The notes under the pieces were generated by a model, which was not told the DNA's origin, made no database searches, and was given only the letters and a program-made list of their open reading frames with translations. From the human T2T-CHM13v2.0 reference genome, Homo sapiens, in NCBI RefSeq assembly GCF_009914755.1, contig NC_060925.1: DNA of 64,000 nucleotides. One strand, 5' to 3'. Shown piece by piece: positions 1-13,715 of this stretch. A program made the translations under genes and the position numbers. Within the stretch, counting starts at the first letter, position 1. Each line of letters begins with the position of its first letter.

Positions 1-1204
1 CACAATGCTTGGCAAAAGAAATACTGGTGCCTTCAGTTCCCTCTCATATCTACTTAATGACAAAATGTACCATTGGCTGCTGGGCATGTGTGTGACTGCA
101 CAAAAATAGCTCTGTGAGTCCCCATTCTTGGGGCCAAAGGAGAAACACCTACTCACAAACTGCCCTTTGCTTTTGTGGCCTGGAGGGGTTTCTGGAGGTG
201 AATGAGATTAGGAGTAGTGACATGTATGGAGATGAAGCTGCTCTATGCTTTTGGGAAGTGACACCTGCCTGGAAATGTTGACGGGGTCCTTTTTTCTAAT
301 TAGCATGCTTCAGTTTACTGTGTGCTGTGCAGGAAATAGAAAGCACACGTCAGTGCTGAGGAAAGGAGAGTGTGACTAAAGCCTTCTCTTAGGTTTTGGG
401 GAGGGCCTGATTTCCAGGTATTTCAGTGCTTAATGACAGACTGCCTTTCTGTTCTAAATATGAAATGGAACATTTCGCCACCATCCAGGCACACTGGAGC
501 CTGAGGTGGACCTCCCGCCCTGCTTCTCCCAGTATGGCAGTGTAAGGAGTGGCCCTCAGACAGAGACTAGTTTCACTTTCATAGGTTTGGTCTTCCCATC
601 TCTGTCCCAATAACAATGACTCAGTGGCAGAAAAAGTGGAGTCATTTCTGAATCCCAGACACACTGCCACATGGGCTCCTAGTTAGTGGACAATCCAGGG
701 AGTAGCTGGCGGACCGTGAGGGAGCCAGCTGTGTGGCTAATGCGGGAGGGCGATGCTGAGAGGCAGGGGCTCTGAAAAGCCATGGTGACAGGGGAAGAGA
801 ACCTCTCTGTGAGGGGTGTGTGCACATGCCCGTGTAGGTTTTTGGCCAAATAATGCAGGGTAATGAATGCTCTCACATCCTGGGTTTCCAGGCTGTGCTC
901 TGCTCTCTGCTTGGCTTAAGGTAGACATGTAACCGAAGATTGCTCCTAGGATGGGCAGCGCTTACTCTGGGTGTTTGCAGACAAAATGCCTGTTAGCATT
1001 TTGTCTGGCTCTGGAGCCCTGAGCCAGAGACGCCAACATCTCTTGGCTGGGCAAGTGGCTTCCTGGACTGTGGAACTGAGTCCATAAAAGGAGAATTTAT
1101 GAACAAACAAGAAAACCTGTCTCTTTTCTGCAATGTTGAAAAAATACATTTTCAACATGATGTCTTCACTGCTGCTGTTTTCTGGTAAACCAGTCAAATT
1201 TAGT

Positions 1205-1325
1205 AAATATACTATAGTTCCATATACTATATATAGTATATATGCTATATACTATAGTATATAGCTATAGTATACAAATATAGTATATAGTATATAACTA
1301 TAATATACAACTATACTGTAGTTCC
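1205..1325. repeat. AT-rich (TATAG)-type low-complexity tract with internal palindromes
   Basis: Repeated tatact/tatagt motifs; perfect palindromes at 1222-1241 and 1244-1265. Confidence 0.85.
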
Positions 1326-1457
1326 CCACTGAGTCTACAGTGGGGTCACCTCCCACCCCCCTACCCCGACTGCCTCCAGCAAGCTGTTTGTACTTCTCAT
1401 TTTGCACATATCACATAAAATGCAAAGCTTGGGGACATTTACATTTGTCTATGTCCT

Positions 1458-1700
1458 CAGTATGGCTTGATGAAGAGAGTTTGAGCTTTAGAGCCAGACA
1501 GACTCAAATTTGAACCAAAATCCAACTTTTCAGTGGCCGTGTGAGCTTGAGAAGTCTAGTGAAATTTTCCTTGTCTGGCTTTCCTTCTCTGTAAGATAGA
1601 GCCACTCTTATTTCAGGATGATAGTGAAGATTAAGTGGGGCAATGCATAAACTGTAATTCTACTGCAATGAGAGGCCTGGCAGAGTGTAAGCCTCAGACT
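1458..1700 (+). mobile_element. MIR SINE (degenerate)
   Basis: gctttagagccagacagac...gtgtgagcttgagaagt...ttccttctctgtaagat...gtgaagattaagtg resembles MIR core; bounds approximate. Confidence 0.65.
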
Positions 1701-1724
1701 TCATATTAGTACCCATCTCTCTCT

Positions 1725-1845
1725 CCACCTCCAACTAGATGGTCATTCCTTGAAGGCAACATGGTATCATATGCATTTGTATTATCTCTCTTCTTGCCCA
1801 ACACTTAATCCATTGCCTTGTATCTAGTAGGTACTCAAATAATGA
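1725..1845 (+). mobile_element. L2 LINE 3' end fragment
   Basis: ctagatgg..ccttgaaggca...tagtaggtactcaaataa matches L2 3' terminus. Confidence 0.55.
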
Positions 1846-1928
1846 AGGAACACGTTTTATTTTAACTTCAAAGTGGAGTGAGAAGTGGACCAAAGGTCAG
1901 GTGAAAGGAATGTCTAATTGGACTAAAG

Positions 1929-2088
1929 CCTCCCTACTTTAAGTGGGGGTCAATGACCATCAGCATCACCGGATAACTAATTAAAAATGCAAAATATCAG
2001 GCCCCACCCCACAGCTACTGAACCAGAATCTGCATTTTAACCAGAGAGCCAGGTGATCCATGTGCATGTTGAAGTTTGAGAAGCCCTG
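1929..2088. mobile_element. MER5A1-like hAT-Charlie DNA transposon
   Basis: catcagcatcacc...aaatgcaaaatatcaggccccaccc...ctgaaccagaatctgcattttaa...aagtttgagaagccctg. Confidence 0.8.
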
Positions 2089-2834
2089 GTCTAGAATGTT
2101 GTGCCAATAACCAGGTACTAAATAAATAAATGAAGGAGTAAGATTAGGAAGCTAGCAAAATAACTGATTAGAACACTACTGGTTTTATTTAAAAGGAAAA
2201 AATCTATTAAATTGAAATATAATACTAAGAATTTCAAGACCAATGGCAATTTTATGCCAATTCTAACAGATGTTGTCCTTGGCTATGATTCCGCAGCTGC
2301 AAACGTGGACTCTCTGACTTGTGTTTCCCTCTCCCTCTCTGAGCCTCTGTGAGCTCTTCCCTTCTGTTGCCCTCTGCAGAAGGCCATCTCTACTCCCTAG
2401 GTCTGGGAGCTACTTGGGGTCTCCCCAGTGAGCCCATGTGCCAGGACGCTCTCAGTTACCATGGCTGCCTTCAAGTGCCCAGTGGGGATCATGCTCTGCT
2501 TTCCACAGAACGTGTATTGTTCTTGTTTGGATCACTGCCCTAAATTCAAGCTCATTCAAAAGTGCCTTTGAGAACTTGGCTCTCTCTTGCATCTGTCCTT
2601 CAGAGTTGTGTGTACCTGGAGGGCAGCCTGGGGACCATTGTTTCCAGGAAGACGAAGCATCCCTTTGTGTCTGTCTGTCTTCCTTCTGGGTGGGGGTGCG
2701 TAACGTTTCCTGCCCTCTTCTTTTGGATTGTTGCTTGGCAAATCATTTCATCAAGTCATCTGCTTGAGCTCTAAACTCTGTGGCCGCCTATAAAAACTGT
2801 TTCCCAACGGTGGTAGAAACAAAGGTATGAGCAC

Positions 2835-3467
2835 CTGTGGATTCTATCTCTAAAATATCTCCCAAATGCCTCTGCTCTCTGCCTTGACCACCACCACCTC
2901 TCTGGGCCACCACCTTCTCCTGCCTGGATGACAGCAGTACCCTCCTGGCTACATCCCTGCAAGCTGTTCTCCCCATAGTGAGTCAGAGATCTTTTCTTAA
3001 ACATAAATTGGGGTGTCTTTTTCCTGCAGAAAGCCCCCAGTGTCTCTGCACTCCCCTTAGAATGAGATCCAAACTCCTTCTGGTGGCCTCCAGAGGCTGC
3101 TGTGACCAGGACTGTCTGGCTCTGGGGCCCTGTCACCTCTTCCCTGTCTAGTGTGCTCCTCTTCCAGAAGGATTTGCTGCTCTTCCAGCATCTCACACCC
3201 ACTCAGCTCTTTCTTGCCTCACCTGAGATGTTCCTTCCACAGACAGGCCTTCCTATCACCTAGTCATCTCTCCTCAGCTCCTTCCTTCATTCAGCCATCA
3301 CTTTTCTAGCTGTGTTATTCATTCATTGGCTTTCTCTTTGTCCATCTCCCCTACTAGACTGTAAGCTCCATGAAGGTGGGAAGGTGCCTGCTGATTCAAC
3401 AATGTCTGGAATGGGGCCTGGCACATACTAGGTACTCAATAAACACCTGCTGCATTGAATGCATGAG
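2835..3467 (+). mobile_element. L2 LINE 3' portion
   Basis: ctcctgcctggatgacagcagt...cttagaatgagatccaaactcctt...ctagactgtaagctccatgaagg...cctggcacatactaggtactcaataaa. Confidence 0.85.
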
Positions 3468-3754
3468 CCTATTGTGTGCTAAGTGTTTTCTGCTGAAATT
3501 CCTTTTCCCATATTGATTTTCTTCACTCCTCTGGGTGCCCTCCATCAGGTGGATGGACTTCCTTCATGAGGACTTCCTAACCCACTATAGCCTGGAATCA
3601 TCTTCTGTCTTAAGATCTACTGTCATCCTATTCATCAACAAATCTCTCACCTCATTAAAATAGCTTTCCCGCTCCTCCCCTGCACACCCACACTCACATG
3701 TACACACACCTGTTCTTTCTGTGTTGGCGGGACGTTGTTATTCTTAGGGGGTGG

Positions 3755-4008
3755 TAAGGAACAGTGGTTAAGTGTCCAGGCTCTGGAGCCAGACTGTCTG
3801 GGTTCAAATCTTGGCTCTGTCAATTACTTGTTGGACAGGTGATTTAACCTCTCTTTGCCTCAGTTTTCTCATCTGTAAAGCAGGGGCAATGCTAGAACCT
3901 TCCTCACATGGTTGTTGTGAGAATTAAGTGGATTAAAACATATCAAATATATAGAACAGTGCTGGGCACATATTGAGCAGTATAGAAGTACTGGGTATTA
4001 TTGTTATT
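3755..4008 (+). mobile_element. MIR SINE, near full length
   Basis: gtggttaag..ggctctggagccagactgtctgggttcaaatc...gcctcagttttctcatctgtaaa...gttgttgtgagaattaag...tattattgttatt. Confidence 0.92.
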
Positions 4009-4669
4009 TAAATGAGGAAGAAATGATTTTGCACTGTGAGATTCTCATGAAACTGGGTTTTCAATCTAGATTTCTCCTAGACTGAAGGCCTTTCTACTTT
4101 CATTATGGCTGCTAAAGGATTCCTTTGGAACACATTTTCCCTGGCATCTCTTAGGGCTTAGTCTGGTTAAAAGAAGAAAGAGAATTTAGGCATGAGCAAA
4201 AACTTGATGCCATTTAGCAACTTGGGTCAATCTACTGACCCCTGACTGCCAGCTGAAAACAGGAGGCCAGGACTGGCTGTGGTTCCCAGGACAGACTGAC
4301 AGGCAGAGGGGGGGCCATCCCAGCAAGTGATGCCATGAAGGTGTCTGCCCACACATCCCCTTCATTCTCAGTGGCAGTGGGGAGCTGGCCTTCTCTTTCC
4401 TGGAAGGTTTCCTCCCTCTATCTGTCCTGCAGCCTGCTGAAGTCTTGATGGCCCTGCTCTTATTTTGGGATTAAATCTTTTGGGATTTGTCTTAGTTTAG
4501 TTGCACCTCTCTTGATCTCTCCCACCACATTTTTCTTCCTCTCCCCTCCCCCTCTAACAGCTGAAATGTCTCAGCCTCTGGAGCAGACTCATGGTGCCCC
4601 CTGCTTCCTAGCCCTTCCTGAGATAAGAGTCAGCGGGGGCAGAGGTTAAATACACGGTTTACCAGGCTT

Positions 4670-4770
4670 TTTTCCTGGAAATTCTAGAGGCCTGGATCAA
4701 ACTCGGGGAATCCATACCTTTAAGTGCTCCTGGTGACTCTTATCTTCAGGGAAGCTTGGGAGTCACTGCC
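4670..4770. mobile_element. MER5-like DNA transposon fragment
   Basis: ggaatccatacctttaagtgctcctggtgactct...gggagtcactg resembles MER5 terminus. Confidence 0.4.
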
Positions 4771-5101
4771 CAGGGCTTGCCCATGTTTTTAATTCTCCAC
4801 AGATTCTCATGGTTTCCTCCAGCCCAGTATGCGTCTCATGGCTTTGACAACAGACAGATCTTGTTTTGTTACCTTGTGTTGCTATCTAACTCTCAACAAT
4901 CTATACCTTTTCTCTTCAAACAATATAAACTTCTGGAGAGTAGGTATCAAGTTTTTTCTTACGTAGTAGGCCTTCAATAAATATTTGGTTGAAGTTTTAC
5001 ATTTTCCTCTCATTATATTCATTTGAGGTGAACATTGAAATTCTTTCACTTAAGCACCATCAAAAGGGCATGAAGGAAAGGGCTTAGAAATATGTGAGGC
5101 A

Positions 5102-5329
5102 GGCCAGGCACAGTGGCTCACACCTGTAATCTCAACATTTTGGGAGGCTGAGGTGGATCGCTTGAGCCCAGGAGTTCAAGACCAGCCTTGGCAACATGGT
5201 GAAACCTGGTCTCTACCAAAAATACAAAAATTTGCCAGTCTCATAATCCAGTCTCAAAATAAATAAATAAATAAATAAGTAATAAATAATCAATCAAAAT
5301 TTAGAAATAAAATTTAAAAACTTTTAAAA
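5102..5329 (+). mobile_element. AluJ-type element: left arm plus tail, most of right arm missing
   Basis: ggccaggcacagtggctcacacctgtaatc...cttgagcccaggagttcaagaccagcc...aaaaatacaaaaa, then (AAAT)n tail; degenerate TSD agaaatatgtgagg / agaaatgtgttagg. Confidence 0.9.
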
Positions 5330-5504
5330 AGAAATGTGTTAGGTAAAAGAGGCATGTTAATTTGTGATTATATATGCCTTACATATTCAAGGTTTGACTA
5401 AGTAACTTAAATGAAAACATCTCTGGTGTCTGGAATAACTTGCTGCTGTCTAAAAGTAATGAGTCATGGACAGAGCGGGCAGGGATGTGTTACCTGAAGA
5501 ACTT

Positions 5505-5680
5505 CACCAATTCTTGGCTCCACCATGAATTGTATGTGTGACCTTAAGTGAGATGTGTCTGCAAACTAAGCCTCAATTTCCTCATTCTAAAAAAGTTAAA
5601 TTCCGACATCATTGAGTGCTTGAAGTCGAATGAGATACTGTGTGCAGAATCATTTTATAATCTGTACAGTGCCATACAGA
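5505..5680 (+). mobile_element. MIR fragment
   Basis: tgtgtgaccttaagtg...aagcctcaatttcctcattctaaaa. Confidence 0.6.
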
Positions 5681-7344
5681 GGGTAGGAATTACCCTTAGT
5701 CATCCTTACAGTTAGTTTTCCAGCTCACCTGCCTTTCTGCATTCCCTCATGGCTTTCCTATCTGAGTCATGTAACTAAATTTAAATGCTATGCTAGGGAG
5801 CCTAGGAAATCTACTTCCCAGCAAGAGCTATAAAACCTCACATCCTAATTGACGGAGACAAGGAGGAACAGTGATTCAGAGGCAACTCTAGGGGAGCAGC
5901 CAGCTCAGGCCTGAAAACGTCTCCTTGGATGGGTCTGCTGGGGAATGGGAACAGATCCATTCTAAGCTTTGGTTTATTTCAGAGAGGAATTTAGAAACTG
6001 GACTATGATTGGAGAAATGGTTAACATCCATGAAAATATACAAGATTTTCAGATGGCAATGCTTACAATCTCAACAACAACAAAAAGCCATAGCAGCATT
6101 ACAGCAAAAGGGGGCTGTTGTCCTCTAAGTGAACCCTTAGAAAGTCAGTTTTCTGAACTTCATAAGAATATATTACAAGAGGCAGTTTTCAGAGTTCTGT
6201 AAGCTTTGGCAGGGATGGGCTGGTACATGTGAGAAAAAAGCAACAGATTTAAAAAATCTGTACAAACACTGATAGAAATAAACTTGCTGCTTGTTGCAAC
6301 GTACCCATGCCATTAGAGATTTTGCCCTTAACATCTCTCTTTTAAATTTGACTCCAGGAAATAGGTTTGGAACCTGATCAATCCCATCCTTGACTCTGCC
6401 ATCCTTCTCCCAGAATTATAAACATAAGATTATTACAGCGCATTTCCTGCATGTGCCTTCCATGTGGCTCCAGTCTCCACCTCACAAGTGTAGCAAGTAA
6501 ACACTCCCCAAGTCTAATTCTGAAGTGTAGCCCATATGCTGTGGTCTTGATGAGAAGGGCTGGGGACCAAGGGTGCAGAAAGTGTATATACTGCGAGAGC
6601 TTGCACCTTAAGGAGGGAAAAGGTCTCCTGGTGGCAGAAGAGGCATCCTTCCTTCATTTCTTTGCATGTTTGGTTGGTATGTGGGAGCTATGAAGGAGGG
6701 TTGAAAATGTTTTCTTTTCTTTCTTTCTTTTTCACAAATCTATTTCAATCCATCCCATTCCTGGAAAAACCACAATCCTCCAGCAGTCTCTAAGTCCTTC
6801 ACTTTTGAAAAGCACATGGCTTCCCTGCTACCCCTTGCTTCTGTGAGTCTGGCTGGAACAGTAATTAATTTCTGTGTAAATGAGTTTGGGGCTGAGGCTT
6901 TCATTAATGTGTTAGGGCTCCAGGGTCTTGTGGTTTGACACCATTTGAGTGCACAAACTGTTAGCTTTAAACATTTTCAACAATTTTCCTTCCTCTCCTG
7001 AATCTCATATGAAATTCATTTCCCAAGGAACTGACCAAGGACCTCTGACCTCTTGCCTCAATTGCTTAAAGGCCTCCAGTTCTTTTTCTTGGCCTTTTAC
7101 TTGGTATTAAAAGGTGAATTGAACTTCAAAGGGCAGTAAGCCGGATGCCTTCTTTCCCCCATGAGGGGCTGGTTTTCTCTTATTTGTCTGCACTCTGTAT
7201 GAATTCAGGTTGGTATCCATTTCCCCTGGGCCTCAAGCTGTTTCTACTGCTATACCCAGATGCTTGGGTGCAAGGTTCTAATTTGTGTGATTTGCTGGTC
7301 CCAATGCTGATATTTGACCAAGTTCCTTGATTTGTCCTGGTCTG

Positions 7345-7440
7345 GTATGAACATGTGCATATGTGTGTGCACACATGTGTATGTGTGGGTATGTGTGCAT
7401 GTGCATTGTGCATGTGTCTATGTGGGCATGTGCGTGTGTC
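7345..7440. repeat. Imperfect (TG)n/(ATGTGT)n simple repeat
   Basis: atgtgcatatgtgtgtgcacacatgtgtatgtgtgg... Confidence 0.85.
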
Positions 7441-7470
7441 CTCCGTCAGCACCAGTAGCACACTCTAGAC

Positions 7471-7776
7471 CTGCGCTGTCCAATACATGTGGCTATCAAA
7501 CACTTGAAATGTGGCTGGTCCTTGTTGAGATGTGCTGTGAATGTAAAACACACACCAGATTTTAAAGACATAGTATGAGAAATAGAAATGTAATATATCT
7601 CAATAAGTTTTTACGTTGATTACATGTTAAAATGATAGTATTTTGGATGTATTGGGTTAAACAAAATATATTATCAATATTAATTTCACTTCTTTCTTTC
7701 ACTTTTGAAAATGCGGCTACTGGAGAATGCAAAATCACATATATGGCCTGTATTATATTTGCACTGGACAGTGTTG
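7471..7776. mobile_element. MER33-like hAT-Charlie DNA transposon, near complete
   Basis: Terminal inverted repeats ctgcgctgtccaata ... cactggacagtgttg; 8-bp NTCTAGAN target duplication ctctagac / atctagat. Confidence 0.85.
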
Positions 7777-8114
7777 ATCTAGATTGCCAATTGAGGCCCT
7801 AAGTCATGTTGTTGCTGAGTCATAGGCTTTGACTTCACTTGCTCTGGTATCCTCCAACCTTCAAGTTATGCAGCACGTGAGTAGCTGAGCTTCCATAAAT
7901 CACGTTTCATAACTTGGAGCTGCAGAGGACACTTTGTATGTGTCTTTATGATCCCACCTCATGTTTCCTCCGGCATCCCTCTACCCTGACCAGGCTGGTC
8001 TCCTGTGCACGTGCTCATGCACAGAATGAGAGACTAGTGACCATAGGTTTGGGGCCAGAAGGAGGCTGCTGGTGACTCATACCTGCTTGGTGGCCCACAC
8101 TATACCATAGGTGT

Positions 8115-8456
8115 TGATATGGTTTGCCTGTGTCCCCACTCAAATGTCATCTTGAATTGTTGCTCCCGTAATCCCCATGTGCTGTGAGAGGGACCCAGTG
8201 GGAGGTAATCGAATCATGGGGGCAGTTTCCCCCATGCTGTTCTCATGATAGTGAGTTCTCACAAGATCTGATGGTTTTATAAGCGTCTGGCATTTCCCCT
8301 GCTGGCACTTATTCTTTCTCCTGCTGCCCTGTGAAGAGGTGCCTTCCACCATGATTGTAAATTTCCTGAGGCCTCCACATGCAAGTCAATTAAACATCTT
8401 TTCTTATAAATTACCTTGGGTATTTCTTCATAGCAATGTGAGAACAGACTAATACA
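8115..8456 (+). mobile_element. THE1D (ERVL-MaLR) solo LTR
   Basis: Starts tgatatggtttg, ends gactaataca; diagnostic ataagcgtctggcatttcccctgctggcac; perfect 5-bp TSD ggtgt (8110-8114, 8457-8461). Confidence 0.93.
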
Positions 8457-8819
8457 GGTGTATTAGTCCTGCAGAGTACCCATTCGCTTCTCACTATGTC
8501 TGGGTTGGACCACTTCTCTTTGATATTGACATACTTAGAATGTGGCTTAAGGGCTTTAAAGATTATCTAGTCTTATCTTTTCATTTTACAAAAAGGCACT
8601 AAGACCCAGGAGTACAGTGTTAGAGGGAGATGATTATAAGCTTAGACTTTGACAGAGGCGGCTTCAAGCTCAAATCCTAGCCCTGCTACTTCTTTGCCAG
8701 TCTCCAGCACAGCACTCCCCAATCTGTACTGCAATGATCTCCTCAATCATCTGTGTCCCTCTGAGTACTGTAGGCTCCTTGAGGACTGGGTCTGTCTCTT
8801 ACACATTATCATAGTTCTT

Positions 8820-9895
8820 TTGATTTTTCAACAGTGTGTTAAAGATATGCCATATGCCAAGCCTGTTGTAGACTCTTGGGATGCATCAGGGAGAAAAACA
8901 GAGAAAGCTGTTGCTTATGTGCAGCTTATATTCTAGCTGTGGGAGATGGATACCATGTTGGAAGGTTGTGTGGGTTTCAGTTTATGCACAGTCCAGATCC
9001 ACACACTTACCTTGTCTTGCAAGAGCAGCCCTGGCAACAGCTTCCTCTATCCCTGCAGTCCTGGGGCTGCTGGTGTCTCCTCTACCCACTGCTGCCATTC
9101 CTGCAGGCTCAGGGGACACTGTAAAGATTGCTCCGTGCCTCTTGTTGCTCACATGCAGGGTCCATATCTCCTCACTAGCTGCCTGAGCTGCATACCTCTC
9201 CACTCTCACCTTCTGCCCTGGGGCTTCCTGATTGACTCTTAGGTAAGGGATCGAGTACAACCCTTGTTCTCATCACCTGGAAGTATGAGAAAACCAACAC
9301 CCACAGGGCCAACTTTGACCAATGGGAGTAAGATATTGAAGATACGTTGTTTTCTCTCCTTCCCCTAGGCAGACAGTGGAGACAGATTAGCCCCTTTCTG
9401 AAGATGTCTTGTGAGACCCAGCCAGTAGCTTGTTACAGAGCGGTGGTCATTTGGAAACAACTCCTTTATATTTGCTCTTCGTTTTTCCCTCCTTACTCCT
9501 CTATTCCCTCCTTTCTGCTTCCCTTGAGCTATGTTTTCTAGAGATCCCCGCCAAGGCAGTAGGTGCTAAGTGCGATGGAAAAAGCAAACCCAGAGCAGAC
9601 AGGCTCAGAATGGGGATCAGGAGTGCCGTGGAGGGTCTGCAGTTTCAACAGCACTGTCAGTTTAAGCCTTGTTGAAAAGGTGATATTTGAGCAATGAATG
9701 AAGAAGCTGAGGGAGTTAGCCACTCTGGGGAAAAGGTGTTCCATCCAGTGCAAGGGCCCCAAGGCATGACTGTGGGAGAGTGGAGACCAGGGGTTTTGTA
9801 GAAGATTAGGTCAGGGAGGTGGGAGAGGGGGTCATCTTAGGTCTTCTAGGCCATTGTAAGGGTGAAATTGGAGCCTGGGTGGAGTTTTGAGCAGC
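8820..9895 (-). mobile_element. L2 LINE fragment interrupted by an LTR
   Basis: tcaacag...tatgccaagcctgttgtagac (L2 3' end, reverse) before the LTR; aaggtgatatttgagca...ggccattgtaagg...gagttttgagcag after it. Confidence 0.65.
8956..9558 (+). mobile_element. LTR16-family (ERVL) solo LTR
   Basis: TG...CA bounded; gggccaactttgaccaatgggag and pyrimidine-rich 3' end ctgcttccc...ttttctagagatcccc typical of LTR16. Confidence 0.6.
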
Positions 9896-11089
9896 TCTGG
9901 GACTTGGCATCTAGCAAGTGCATGATGCCTGGCACACAGAAGGCACTCATTCAGAATTTGCTGATTTGAAAGAAGGCATGCTGTTGATCTTCCACAGATC
10001 TCCTGCCACCCCTTTCTTCAGGGCAGCACTTTGCAGAGGAGCCCCTAGCCCTGCAGAGGGGGTAGAGCAGGACTTGTACATTTCTAGCCAAGAGTTGAAA
10101 ACAGATGGAAACAAAATGCTAGTATTAATCCAAAAGGCATGTGGAAGAAAGATCAAATGGGAGAAGAGGGTGAATGTGTTTTCAGCAGAGCTGTGTGCTT
10201 CCTACAGAACCAGATTGTGGAAAGCCAGCTGAGCCAGTCTTGTGCCTCTTGACAGAAAATGGGTTTTGCCTGGAGCCTTAAGATTGGAATGAGGCATGGG
10301 CTCCCTGCTAAGAGCCAGACCAGTTCTGTAAGCTTTGACTTGTTGGAAATGCACACAAGAAAGTTTGCCATATACGCTTCTGTACCCCTTGGCTGAGTCC
10401 TTTCAGGTGTGAGTTCTGTAGATCACATGCTTTTTAGGTCCTCGGTGCAGTGGCTGGCTTTTTTTCCTGTCACAAGGGCCAGCCGAGAGCAGGAGGAGCA
10501 TCAGGGATAAGAACCCACAACATAATCCTTATTTTCCCGAGGGGCTCTTCTCCTTGGCCCCTTTCTTTCATACCCACCTTTAAAAGATTATGAGTGTAGG
10601 AGGAGAAAGAGTCTGCGGTGGTGTCTGGGAACTCTTGGAGTATAGGTAAGGGAACAGGACAATGGAAACATCCCAAACATTTTCTCTTATAAGGGGGGAT
10701 ATTTGCTTCCAAAAAGCAGAAAACAGGGGAAGTGTAATTACATGAATCCTTCTATTTTGGGAGCAGTGGCTTGGGCGGAGGGAGGGATTTATAGGCCAGC
10801 GGTTTTAGAGACTGAATTTGACATGATATTGATTATTTATTTTAAGGAAATCCAGAGACTTGTACTTAAGCCAAGGAAAACGATTGGGCTCTTTTTCAAG
10901 AATCTTGCGAGTTCGTCTTCCCAATGATCTTATTTTGATGCACAGCTACCCCTTGGTTATGTTGTTAGAAGAAAAGACAAAACTCAAGGATTTTCAAGTA
11001 TTTTCCTAATAAGGTCACATAAATCTTTGGAAACTAGAAAAGATCATTTAGTATCCAGTGAGGGAAGAGATTGAGATTTGTGAGGGTAA

Positions 11090-11723
<634 letters not shown>

Positions 11724-11980
11724 TAATATAAAAGCATGTAAAACTCCATCACTACATCCTTAATTGTGGGGGAAAGGGTGGTACAATCCATGACTACACA
11801 ACTTACTGTCAGTCAGAGAAGTACCTGTGAAATTCATAAAAGCATAGAGGGCAGTTCTTTTCTTCAAGTTCGGTCCAATATTCCATCCCACATAGATTCC
11901 ACAGGAGTGTAGTGAGTAGCTCCTCTATGCCAGCTGACCCATCCTGGCTCCCCATCTGTCATAAGATCCTTTTTCTAGGC

Positions 11981-12279
11981 CAGGGATGGCAAACCACACT
12001 CTGCACACTAAATCTAGCCTGCTGCCTATTTTTGTATATGATCTGAGAATAATTTTTACATTTTTAAATGGTTTTTAAAAATGTAAAAAGAATAGTATTT
12101 TGCAGTGTGAACATTTTATGAAATTAAAGTCTCATTGTCCATAAAGTTTTACTGAAAGAGGGATGCTCATTTCTTTATGTATTATGTGTGACTGCTTTTC
12201 TCCACAATGGTAGAGCTGTGTAGTTGAGGCAGAGTGAATTCACACAAAGCCCTTTACAGAAGAAGTATGCTGACCCCTG
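11981..12279. mobile_element. MER58B hAT-Charlie DNA transposon
   Basis: TIRs cagggatggcaaac ... gtatgctgacccctg; internal ctgctgcctatttttgta and ccctttacagaag. Confidence 0.8.
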
Positions 12280-13059
12280 CTTTAACCCTTGGGGAAGCCC
12301 TATGATATCCAGGTTGTAAGGAAATCTCTCGCTTTTGGACACTGTCTTTCCCTCCCCAGGGGCCCACCCTTCCCGATTGTGCTGCTTCTTCTTGGCACAC
12401 TTCTCAGCCAGTCACCCCTGACAGCCCATGGATGACAGGGAGTGGGGCTGGAGGCGAGGATGAGAAAGGAGCAGAGGAAAAGGGCTCTATCCTTGTCTGG
12501 TCGCAGCCTGAAGTCACCATACAACCACTAGCCCTTCCATGCCACTGGGGGCAACTCTGTCATATCTTTTCTGGATTTATAATCTAGAAGAATTTCTGAA
12601 TCTTTCTCTACCTTGAGCTTATTTTAGTCTCTCTTTATGCCTAGCCTCAGGAAACGAGGGGATTTAGGGGAGAAAATGTAATCTATCCTGCCACAAATGC
12701 TCTCCCTATGATGGGGATGAGAATTCACAATGTAGAAGGCATGTTGATGATCACACCCTCTTACCGCCAACTGACCTACTTCTTCTGTGAACACCACCTA
12801 AATAATGCTGCTTCTTTGGCTTTGTCAATTCTGTTTCCCTGCCTGAGATCTGCCCCTCTTCTCCACCTAGGTCCCGTTCTTCTTTAAAGGGCTGCTCATG
12901 TCCCACCTCCTCCATGAAGCTTTCCCAGACTGTGTCTGTGACAAAGCCTTTCCCGAAGTTTAAGTATTTCCTTTCTACTTCTCACTGGGCTCTTGGGATC
13001 ATTAAAGACAGTCCTGCCAGTTGATTTCCATACCTCTCATCTCCATCCCTATGATCACC

Positions 13060-13715
13060 ATCCCAATCCAAATGCGTCTTACTTCTGAACCCTTCAAGGT
13101 AACCCCTAACTGCAGCCAGGCTTGTCCCGTGCAAGTTTTCCCTCCACAGGGAACCTGGAATCCCACAGGGCTGCAGAGGCCTTATCTGAAATGTCACTCT
13201 GGCTACCTTAATGCCTGTCTCCTCAGTTTCAAATCCTCTGTTGCTCTCCGGATACGGTGTACAGAACCGCATATGAGTTGGTTCCTACCCACCTCTCCAA
13301 CCTCATCCCCTGCTTCAAATTCTGTGCTCTGGCAAGACTGCACTGCTTGTGGTTCTCTAAAATGCTATTGCATGTGTTTTCCTCTCTGCCTGGGATCTTG
13401 ACTACATTCCGCCCAGTCCCTTTTTCCTAACTAACTCCCACTTATACACTAAGGTTCAGCTCAGGAGCCAACCCCCTTCAAAAATTCTTCCTAGACTTCC
13501 CCTCTTCCCACATCAGATTGGATGAGGTGTTTATCGATCTGTGTTCCCATACACCCAAGGCTACGATCGCCACACTATATTGTATTAATCTGTTTCCATT
13601 ATTGCTTCTCCCTCACTGAACTATAGTAAGGACTGTGTCCTATTTATCTTCATACCTCTAGTTCTTCTTTTAGTCTCTGACTTACAGGAGGTGCTAGGTG
13701 TTTATTGAGTAGAAA
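13060..13715 (+). mobile_element. L2 LINE 3' portion
   Basis: ctgcagagg..ttatctgaaatgtcactctgg...ctaactccca...ttcagctcagg...aggaggtgctagg. Confidence 0.65.

Noticed and set aside
2788-2830. TATAAAA followed by donor-like AAG|GTATGA
   Set aside because: The implied first exon would be only ~7 nt; no further support
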